Under the pieces are notes generated by a model, which worked only from the letters and a program-made list of their open reading frames with translations, was not told the origin of the DNA and did not search any database. A DNA stretch of 53,520 nucleotides, the filler included, from Streblomastix strix (taxonomy: Eukaryota), in NCBI GenBank assembly GCA_008636045.1. It is 3 parts of 3 records of this genome, joined end to end, with 100 filler letters (N's around TTAATTAATTAA, not from the genome) between each part and the next. Parts side by side here need not be neighbours in the genome. Positions count along the whole stretch, not along the records: positions 17,880 to 35,650 come from SNRW01000677.1; positions 35,751 to 53,520 come from SNRW01000678.1; 1 more part is not named here. One strand, given 5' to 3'. Positions 30,601 to 41,399 of this stretch are shown here, one piece after another (position 1 is the first letter of the stretch; each line of letters opens with the position of its first letter). Made by a program: the position numbers and the translations under genes.

Positions 30601-32553
30601 GAAATAACTCCAACTAAAGAAGGAATATAATCAACTTCTTCTTCTTCAATATAAGGAATTGAAACTCCAACAGATTCTGCTTCTAAATAAGAAAAGAAAC
30701 CAGAATAATTTGATATTCTCAAAGATCCACTTAATATTCACCCATTAACTGTGAGATTATCTCTCTTATAGAAATTAAATAAAATAGTTTCATCAATATT
30801 TGATACATTACCTTTGAGTTCATTAACATCTTCACTTTCATTTATGGAGATTCTAAAATCATTCAGATCTTTACTCTTCTTAGAAATTAAATAGAAGATT
30901 TGGGATGATAGAATTAGTGCATCTTCTGGAAGAGTTACTCAACCTGAGATTAAAATCAATCGTACAATCAGATCAGCTGGAAAAGCAATTCGTAATTCAG
31001 TATTTGTATAAGTAATGGAAGCTCTTAAACCATATATTGCAGCTGGAGAATTGAAATCAAGAGAAAGAGCATTTAAAGTCAATTTCATTGGAGAAGGTAT
31101 GAAATATTTATTATTATTATTAATATTTTATTTATTTATTTATTTATATTATCCTTTTTATATTCAAATAGGATCAACTGATTAAGGAGGTCCATATAGA
31201 GATTGTCTCAGTGATATGGCAGATGAATTATAATAAATCCAGGAAGAAGAAGATTCATCTTAATTTGGATCAGGAAGATCAGGAAGCAAAACAATTCATT
31301 AAGGTGTATTCAGTAGAGGAAGTATTGATAGAAGTAATACAAAGATTGGAAAATAATGTCTTCTTCCATTACTTAGACCTTCTCCAAATCATGTTGATAA
31401 TGTTGGATCTGATAGAGAATGTTTCATTCTTAATACAAGTAATGATGAATAAGAATGGAGAAGAGGTACTGAAACAAGTATGAACAGAGGATTAATGAAT
31501 ATTAGTAGTAGTAATGATTCATAAATTATTGGAAGAAGTAATATTCTAAATTAAAGGAAGATTGAGATGCTTAGATTCTTAGGTTCTCTTATGGGAATTC
31601 ACATCTTAACTCACAATCCAATGAATATTATGCTTGCTAAGATTGTATGGAGGCATATAGTTGATGAATAACCAACTCTTGAAGATCTATCTGCAATTGA
31701 TGAAGATTTTGTTAGAAGTATGCGTAGAATCCGAGATTGTAAGAGTAAAGCAGAATTTATGTAATATGGAGTAGAATGGACAGTTGTTGCATCAGATGGT
31801 CATGTTGTAGATCTAATTTCACATCGACCTATTCACATCAAAGACAAATAATCTACTTCATCTACTAAATTAGAAGAAGATATTTTAGATTCATTTGGAG
31901 ATTAAAATGAAATATCAGTTTCATTTGAAGATCGGAATGCTTATTGTTAAGCAGCAGAATAATTCAGATTATAAGAAGGTGCCTCTGAAGCAGCTGAGAT
32001 TCGATCTGGATTACTTCAACTCATTCCAGGTGAAGTTCTGTTATTGGCAACTGGACCTGAATTGGAATTTCTTGTCTGTGGTGAACCAAATCTGACAGTT
32101 GATGATCTGAGAAGAATAATCCAATTGAATGTTGGTGGGCATAAAGAGTTAATTACTATGTTCTGGGAGATGTTAGGAAGAATGACAAGTAAATAAAGAT
32201 CACTGTTCTTACGATTTGCAACTGGTAGGAGTAGGATGCCACACTTACCATAAGGAGCAGATAATATAAGAGCTGTTCCTTCTAGTTTATAACTCAAAGT
32301 TGAATTAATGGGATCTCGTTCAAGGGTTGCATTTGATAAAACATTACCAGCTAGTCACACATGCAATCAATCACTTGAACTACCTCAATACTCTTCAACT
32401 GATATTATGCTTGAGAGATTCTTATATGCCATCACTAACTGTGTATCAATTGATACTGACTTCACAGCTTCTGGTGGTTTCCGTGAAGATGTTATTCAGA
32501 CAAATGATGATTCAGAAAGTGATAATATGAGTTCTGAGGAAATGGATGACTGA
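17881..32553 (+). CDS. Giant HECT-domain E3 ubiquitin ligase (large-HERC-like HECT), 5'-partial, >4,860 aa
   Basis: One reading frame from the gap edge to TGA 32551-32553 with TAA/TAG=Gln; track ORFs 19795, 28084 and 32308 share this frame. One intron at 31097-31171. HECT motifs: RAFKVNFIGEGSTDQGGPYRD, LLPLLRPSPN, FLGSLMGI, RSLFLRFATGRSR and LPASHTCNQSLELPQYSS..ERFLYAITNCVSIDTD, with the catalytic Cys codon at 32362-32364. Upstream are PCMT-like, UBR-box, UIM and CUB-like modules and long acidic or Lys-rich tracts. Confidence 0.93.
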
Positions 32554-32766
32554 ATGAATATTCAAATGAGAAGAGAGTGATATACAAGTGTTGTTACTGG
32601 ATGAATTTATTAGTTTTGGGATTATTGTTTATTTAATCAGTTTCAAATAATGGATAAATGGTGGTTAAAAAATAAATAAAAATCATAAAGAAAATTGAAA
32701 TAATTAAACATTAATTTGTGAAGTGAATACATTAAAAAAAACAACTTGTTAACTTTAACTGTGTAT

Positions 32767-34105
32767 TCAATCTTTGTTTATATTCTTTCCTTCATTATCT
32801 TCTTAAATTACATTTCTATGAATTCCTTTTTCATTTCCATTATCTTACTTATTATTTTCATTCATCATTTCATTTCTTCTTAATGATCCTTTCTTAGATT
32901 ATTTATCTGGTGATGTATATTATAGCATCTCTGAATCAATCTTATCTGGATGTGTTTGTTTGTGGAATCCTAATTTATCAACTCTTTCTTTCCATAAATC
33001 ATATCCTTCTGGATCTGAAAGAGTTCCTAATGGCACTCGTCCTCCTGATGCTGTTCTTATTATTTTATAACTGGAATGTAATTTATAAGGAGTAGTTTAT
33101 TCTTCATTTATATTATTATCTTTTATTTTATTTGATTATGATTTATTTTCAGTTGATGTCTGTTCAAAAGTTGATTTTTTAGTTTCTTTGTTTGTTTCTT
33201 CATTTTTAGTTTTGTTTTATTCAGTATTTGGAGACTTATTTATTTTATTATCTTCTTTCTTAACTTCAATTTCTTTCTTATCAGATGGTTTCTCTCCAAA
33301 AGATACAATCATTATAATGTTTTATTAATGAATTATGCATTAATTCAATTCTTCATATATTTTATTCTTAATTTTGGAATTAGATGGATTTAGTATTGAA
33401 GGAAGAATTGCAGATTTAAATGAAGAAAGTGCAATTGATGGAAGAATTGGAGGTAAAGATGAAGATTAATGTTGTGAGTTTCTATGAATTTCTAAATAAA
33501 CTTAACATGTTTCAACAGATTTAGTCATTTATGAAAGAAGAATTATTCTTTGGAGAATAAGTTATGGAAGATTAGATTTAGATTCAAGAATTGGGATGAT
33601 TTGGCAGAATTGAATTAATGAAGTGTTTAATAGGGTAAGAATATTAAATATTACATTTGGTTGATATGTAAGTGCACTCAATCCATTTATTTATTCAGAA
33701 GATTTAGAATCTTTATTAGAAGAAGAAAATATCTCTCCAAACTTCTTCATAGTTTATATTAATTATTGGATTAATGATTTTAGAGTATCAGTATATCCTA
33801 CAAGTGATGGAAGGATTATATCATTGATTACTGTGGAAGATGGATTGAAATCTGGTTTAAATGCGAGTTCAGCCAATCCTGATAGGGCAGGAATTGCATT
33901 TTGTATTTCACTGAACAAAAAAGAGAATAAAATAAATATTAAGTGGTAAGGATATATGATTGAAATACTCAATGGATTTCTAACTGAGACCAGAAAGAAG
34001 AGTTTAAAAACGTTGAGGTGCTTTCATAGGTGGTGCATTCGGTTTTGTGAAATGCTGAGTGATTGTAATAGCAAGATTCACAAATTCTTTAACAGAAGAA
34101 GCCAT
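32767..34105 (-). CDS. hypothetical protein, 426 aa, 2 exons, convergent with the HECT gene
   Basis: ATG 34105 (MASSVKEFVNLAITITQHF...), intron 33968-33911 (GT..CAG), open to TGA 32769-32767. No family recognised. Confidence 0.8.
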
Positions 34106-35189
34106 AAACTGTTAAATATCTTAAAATAAATCAAAAATATTAAATTTAAGAAGAAAAGTATAATTAAACATCTGAATAATAAATAGAGTTCAAGTTATAA
34201 ACAAATTTTAGAAATTTGAAATAAAATTGAATTATGTGGATTTTTAAAGCTCTAAAATATTATTATTTAGATAAAATCGATTGAATAATATAATTAAATA
34301 TAAATTACAATTAAATTAAAGTATTTAAAAATGTTTATGATTCAGAATTCATAAAGCAAGTTTTAATGTATAATCTCTGGTTAAATAAAGGAATATAAAT
34401 CATAAATTTGTTTCTTAAAATGTCCGAACATCTCTATATTTCAAAAAAATAAACAAAAAATGTTGTACTAACCTTAAAAACAGTAATTAAAATCAATCTA
34501 CCCCCCAAGGTTATTGTGACAATTCTATTAATCTAAAAATGTTGCAAGTTAACAATATTTTTCAGAAATATAATATTCGTATTAAATAAGTCCAAAATAA
34601 CCAAGAATTTGACAAGTATTCGTTTTGAACACTTATCATTGATATAATATTAGCTAAATTTGTGATAAATAAAAGAAAATTTATTATATAAACCGAATCC
34701 TAATATATAATTTCTTTTTTGTCCAATTGTAGGCCCACAAAATAGTCATATTGAATTTCATGCTATTTCTGTTTTAATATTTATTTAATTTGTTCTTCTT
34801 ACATTTTAATATTATATATTAATATTGTTTCAACTATTTAGCTGACATTTATTATCATTCATACAATAGTTTATGCTCATAACAGAATTTTCTAAATTTC
34901 TTGTAAATCTAGATTATTGTGCTTAAAATTACTTAGTACGATTTATATTTTATTAATATAGATTTGTGTTTATATACAATTGCTGAATATATTACTATAT
35001 TCACTAATTTTCAAGCAGAATATTTTATATTTATATTTTAAGACAAAAAGCATCTTTTTTAGCAATTTGCAAATATTATTTTGAGTTAATTATATTAAAT
35101 TATTTATTAATTTATTACTTTTTTCTACTTTTTATTTAGCTTGCATTATTGAACCATTGAATCCTACAGTAATACATACATTCATTGAA

Positions 35190-35650
35190 ATGGGTAACTG
35201 TTTGGGAGGTATTCATATTTTTTATTTTTTTTTAGGTTTTTTATTTTTAGATTAAATTCTCTTATTATCATTATAATAACACCAGTTTTAAATTAACAAT
35301 AAAGTAAAATAGATAAAAATATCTTAAATGCTGCAAAAATCATAATTTCATTTGCTTCATCTTATGAACGCGATAAGAATGTAGAATCAAATCAAAAATA
35401 AATGCAAATAAATAATATTAATTCCAAACCTCCTCCATTCACTCATTATATTTTATAATTATAAACACATCATTCACATTAACAAGGAAGAGGATGAATA
35501 ATTAAATCAAATTAGATCTTGTAGCAGATAATGTATAAATTATTTTCAAAGGTGTGGTGATGAATAAGTACAAACTGAACTAGTAAAAAATGAATATGCA
35601 AGAGCATTTACTATATGTATAAGTGTAGCTGGAGGGAGTGAAGAATAATA
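35190..35650 (+). CDS. 5' fragment of an oxymonad-type expanded-family protein with an N-terminal MGNC acylation motif; cut by the gap and possibly decayed
   Basis: ATG GGT AAC TGT TTG GGA G then a gtattc donor. Downstream GDEQVQTELVKNEYARAFTICISVAGGSEEQ resembles the recalled family motif GDEQ.QSELV..GYGRV......TAGG.GEEQ. Frame continuity is not established. Confidence 0.5.
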
Positions 35651-35750
35651 NNNNNNNNNNNNNNNNNNNNNNNNNNNNNNNNNNNNNNNNNNNNTTAATT
35701 AATTAANNNNNNNNNNNNNNNNNNNNNNNNNNNNNNNNNNNNNNNNNNNN
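35651..35750. other. assembly gap with artificial TTAATTAATTAA spacer (contig junction)
   Basis: N-run, TTAATTAATTAA at 35695-35706, N-run. Confidence 0.95.
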
Positions 35751-38700
35751 TGAATTATCAGCTTGTATGTTGAATATATAATATTAAATTAATAATTTAT
35801 TATTTAATATTAAAAGCTTTATTATTATTTGAATTATTAATTTATATTTTTAATTTTAAATATTTAAAATATTTTTTTTAATTTTTTACTATTATTTAAT
35901 ATTTATTTGATGTTTATTTTGTATGAAATATCAGTTCGTTTGTTCAATATTTAATAATAAATTAACAATTTATTATTTGATTTTAAAATTTTTATTATTA
36001 TTTGAATTATTAATATTTAATTTATTTTTAAATATTTAAATTTTTTTATTTTTCATTTTTACTATTATTAAATATTTATTTTATGTTTATTTTGAATGAA
36101 ATTTCAGCTTGTATGTTAAATTTATAAAAATAAATTATAATTTGATTAAAAATGTTTTTTTATTATTTGAATTATTAATTAATAATTTATTTTTTAAATA
36201 TTTAAATTATTTTTTCATTTTTACTATTATTTAATATTTATTTGATGTTTATTTTGAATTAAATATTAGAATGTTTGTTGATTTTGTAATAATAAATTAA
36301 TAATTTATTATTTTATTTTAAAATTTTTAATAATATTTTATTATTGATAAATAATTTATTTTTTAAATAATTAAATTTAATTTTTATTTATTTTATTATT
36401 TAATATTTATTTGATGTTTATTTTAAAATAAATTTCAGGTTGTATGTTGAATATATAATTTTAAATTAATAATTTATTATTTAATATTTAATATTAATAG
36501 CTTTATTATTATTTGAATTATTAATTTATATTTTTATTTCTAAATATTTAAAATATTTTTTTAATTTTTTACTAATATTTAATATATATTTAATGTTTAT
36601 TTTGAATGAAATATCAGAGAGTATGTTCAATATTTAATAATTAATTAACAATTTTTTATTTAATTGTAAAATTTTAAATATTATTTGAATTATTAATATT
36701 TAATTTATTTTTTAAATATTTAAAATGTTTTTTCATTTTTACTATTATTTAATATTTATTTGATGTTTATTTTGAATGAAACATCAGCTGGTATGTTGAA
36801 TATATAATAATAATTTAATAAATTTTTAAAAAATTATTAAAGTTTTATTATTATTTTAATTATTAATTAATAATTTATTTTTAAATATTTAATTTATTTT
36901 TTCATTTTTTACTATTATTTAATATTTATTTGATGTTTGTTTTGAAATAAATATTAGAATGTATGTTGATTTTGTAATAATAAATTAATAATTTATTATT
37001 TAATTTTAAAAATTTTAATAATATTTTTATTATTAATAAATAATTTATTTTTAAATAATTAAATTTAATTTTTATTTATTTTATTATTTAATATTTGTGT
37101 GATGTTAATTTTGAATTAAATATCAGATGGTATGTTGAATATAATATATTAAATTATTAAATTATTATTTTATTAAAAATGTTTTATAATTATTTAAATT
37201 ATTAATTTATATTTTATTTTAAAATATTTAAATTTTTTTTTTCATTTTTACTATTATTTAATATTTATTTGATATTTATTTTGAAATAAATATCAGATTG
37301 TATATTGATTATTTTATAATAAATTAATAATTTATTATTTAATTTTAAATATTTTTATTATTATATAATTTATTAATTTATAATTTAATTTTTAATATTT
37401 AAATTTTTTTTTCATTTTTTCTATTATTTAATATTTATTTGATGTTTATTTTGAAATAAATATCAGATTGTATGTTGATTATATAATTTTTAATTAATAA
37501 TTTATTATTTAATTTTAAAAGTTTAATTTTTATTTATATTATTAATTAATAATTTATTTCTAAATATTTAATTTATTTTTTCATTTTTACTATAATTTAA
37601 TTTTTATATGATGTTTATTTTGAATGAAATATCAGCTTGTATGTTCAATATTTAATAATAAATTATCAATTTATTGTTTAATTTTAAAATTTTTATTATT
37701 ATTTGAATTATTAATAAATAATTTATTTTTAAATATTTAAATTATTTTTTCATTTTTAATATTATTTAATATTTATTTGATGCTTATTTTGAAATAAATA
37801 TCAGCTCGTATGTTGATTATGTTATAATAAATTAATAATTTATTATTTAATTTAAAAAATTTTAATAATATTTTTATTATTAATAAATAATATTTTTTTT
37901 AAATAGTTAAATTTAATTTTTATTTATATTTTTATTTTATATTTATTTGATGTTAATTTTGAAATAAATTTCAGGTTGTATGTTGTATATGTAATATGAA
38001 ATTAATAATTTATTATTTAATATTTAATATTGAATTCTTTATTATTATTTGAATTATTAACTAATAATTTATTTTTAAATATTTAATTTATTTATTCATT
38101 TTTTTTTATTATTTAATATTTATTTGATGTTTGTTTTGAAATAAATATTAGAATGTATGTTGATTATGTTATAATAAATTAATAATTTATTATTTAATTT
38201 TAAAAATTTTAATAATATTTTTATTATTAATAAATAATTTATTTTTAAATAATTAAATTTAATTTTTATTTATTTTATTATTTAATATTAATGTGATGTT
38301 AATTTTGAATAAAATATCAGATGGTATGTTGAATATAATATATTAAATTATTAAATTATTATTTAAAATTAATAGCTTTATTATTATTTGAATTATTAAT
38401 TAATAAATTATTTTTAAATATTTAAATTATTTTTTTCATTTTTTACTATTATTTAATATTTATTTGATATTTATTTTGAAATAAATATCAGCTCGTATGT
38501 TGATTAAATTATAATAAATTAATAATTTATTATTTAATTTAAAAAATTTTAATAATATTTTTATTATTAATGATTAATTTATTTTTAAATAATTAAATTT
38601 AATTTTTATATATATTATTATTTAATATTTATTTGATGTTAATTTTGAATGAAATATCAGGTTGTATGTTGAATATATAATATGAAATTAATAATTTATT

Positions 38701-40045
38701 ATTTATTATTAAAAGCTTTATTATTATTTGAATTATTGGTTTTATTTTATTTCTAAATTTTTAAATTATTTTTTTTAATTTTTTACTATTATTTAATATT
38801 TATTTGATATTTATTTTTAATCAAAATTTCAGCTCGTATGTTGATTATGTTATAATAAATAAATAATTTATTATTTAATTTTTAATGTTATATTATTATT
38901 TGAATTATTAATATTTAATTTATTTTTAAATATTTAAATTTTTTTATTTTTCATTTTTACTATTATTTAATATTAATGTGATGTTTATTTTGAATGAATT
39001 ATCAGCTGGTATGTTGAATATATAGTATTAAATTATTAAATTATTATTTAATATTAAAAGCTTTATTATTATTTGAATTATTAATTAATAATTTATTTTT
39101 AAATTTTTAAATTATTTTTTTCATTTTTTACTATTATTTAATATTTATTTGATGTTTATTTTGAAATAAATATCAGCTCGTATGTTGATTATGTTATAAT
39201 AAATTAATAATTTATTATTTAATTTTAAAAATTTTAATAAAATTTTTATTATTAATAAATAATTTATTTTTAAATAATTAAATTTAATTTTTATTTATTT
39301 TATTATTTAATATTTAATTGATGTTTATTTTAAATGAAATATCAGTTTGTATGTTAAATATATATTATTAATTTATTATTTAATTTTATAAGTTTTTATT
39401 ATTATTTAAATTTTTAATATATATTTTTATTTTTAAATATTTAAATTATTTTTTTAATATTTACTATATTTTAAAATTTATTTATTGTTTATTTTGAATG
39501 AAATATCAGCTCGTATGTTGGATATATAATTATATATTAATTATTTATTATATTAATTTAAAAATTTTATTATTAATTGAAGAATTAATTTATAAATTAT
39601 TTTTTAATATTTAAATTTATTTTTAATTTTTACTATTATTTAATATTTATTTTATATTTATTTTGAAATAAATATCAGATGGTATATTGATTATATAATA
39701 AAAATTTATTAATTTAATAAATGTTTATAAGAATTTTATTATTAATTGAATTTTTAGTTTATAAATAATTTTAAATATTTAAATTTTTTTTTGTTTATAA
39801 TTTTTATTTATTTGAATTTTTTTTTATTTATAATTTTTATTTATTTGAATTTATTTATTGTTTATTTTGAATGAATTATCAGCTGGTATTTTGAATATAT
39901 AATAATAATTTAATAATTTAATATTTAATTATAAGAATTTTATTATTAATAAAATTTTTATATATTTAAATTTATTTTTTATTTATTATTTTATTTAATA
40001 TTTATTTATTGTTTATTTTGAATTAAATATCAGCGGGTATAATAA
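35751..40045 (+). repeat. tandem array of at least 26 AT-rich units of ~170 bp, each containing YAG-NNN-GT (intron plus 3-nt microexon)
   Basis: Core consensus TTTGATGTTTATTTTGAA(T/A)(G/T)AAATATCAG-NNN-GTATGTTGA with period 151-204 nt, mostly 169-173. The array runs off the contig start. Confidence 0.95.
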
Positions 40046-40705
40046 ATATTTATTAACAAATTTTTTTTATTTATTAAAATATTTTTAATTTTGATTTGTT
40101 TATATTTTTATTTATGATTTTTTTAGTTGGTGAACATTCAATTCGATTTATAAGCAGGTATCGTATATTTATATTTTTATCTTTTTTATACTTATTTAAA
40201 AATTTATTTTCGTTTAATATCTGATTATTTTAATATTCTTTTTAATTCTTTTTAACTTTTAATTAATTATATTTTATTATTATTTTATTATAATTGTCAA
40301 ACAGTGGTGATCTTTAAAACTCGATTAAATTTGAAAAATTTAGTTAAGTTTCATTTCCAGCGAAAGGGAATCAAATCTTCCGTTGTGGGTAGCGTTTGCA
40401 AGTCGAAGTTGACTTTAAATCAGTTCCAAGCAAAGTGGTGTTCTTTATTGATGGGGAATAGCAGAAGAACTACGTAACAGGAGTTCCGGACAAGATTCGC
40501 TTTTTCGTTTGATTAATTAATAATTTATATAAACCAATAATTTTCATATATTTTTTTTTGAATTGTTGTTATAATTCAGGCATTTGTTCAATAAGCAGGA
40601 TCATCCTTTCATATCACAAGATCTGAAAGACTCCGTTAGTCCTCAGCTCGAATTGATGCAGATTCTGTTGAATGGAAATGGGGAGAAAACTGGAAACGAA
40701 ATTGA
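35762..40705 (+). CDS. SPRY/B30.2-like domain gene, 5'-partial: 26 putative 3-nt microexons followed by exons 40127-40157, 40305-40506 and 40580-40705
   Basis: The conventional exons splice in frame to xGEHSIRFISSGDLQNSIKFEKFSQVSFPAKGNQIFRCGQRLQVEVDFKSVPSKVVFFIDGEQQKNYVTGVPDKIRFF/AFVQQAGSSFHITRSERLRQSSARIDADSVEWKWGENWKRN*. This is homologous to the 16722-17670 paralog and shares its intron after IRFF/IRLF. Inclusion of the microexons is inferred from splice signals only. Confidence 0.8.
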
Positions 40706-41399
40706 TATCAAGAAGAAGAAGAAGATGATGAAATGATTGAAATAATAATTAGAATAAAGAATAAGAGTTCAAAAGATTGCGCACTGAAATCATAATAGTT
40801 ATTTGCGATTATTTAATGAGTGTCTAAAATTGTATCAAATAAATGAGTTCTAGCACAATTTTATGTTTTTATAAAAATTTCAAATAAAATTTTTTGTATT
40901 TAGTAAGTAGAAAGTGAGAGTTTTAAAGTGCATTAAAAAACTTTGGGTAAAAAATTATTAAATTTAACAAATAATAAATATATAATCAATAAAAATAAAA
41001 CATAAACGTAAAAGAATAAAGATTAAACCAAAAATACTTAAAGATTTTGTTATTATACCAAATCGTTAATAGATGATCGTGAGAACTGAATAATAAATAA
41101 TTATTTTATTAAGACGAATCAAACCATTGGTTAATAATTCTTTTGTCGGAAAATACTTGGATATGCGGGATGAAATAATTTATTGAACAAATTTCAAGTA
41201 ATTTTTTTAATAATAATTAAAGTAATAATAATAATTATAATAATACTTTTTAATGGATATATCAATTAAATTAATATTGTTTATAAATTTATTTTTTAAA
41301 ACTCTTACCTACAAAAAATTTACTGATCATATATATTTTACTTTATATATTTTTCATAAATAAAACACATTATGGATTTTATTCGTCGTTTCCAGCTCA

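Noticed and set aside
35190..35765. MGNC fragment as the 5' end of the microexon gene
   Set aside because: The two are separated by an artificial contig junction, and the fragment resembles a different family.
35751..40045. CRISPR array
   Set aside because: The whole ~170-bp unit is repeated with no unique spacers, only 3 nt are hypervariable, there are no cas genes, and the context is eukaryotic.
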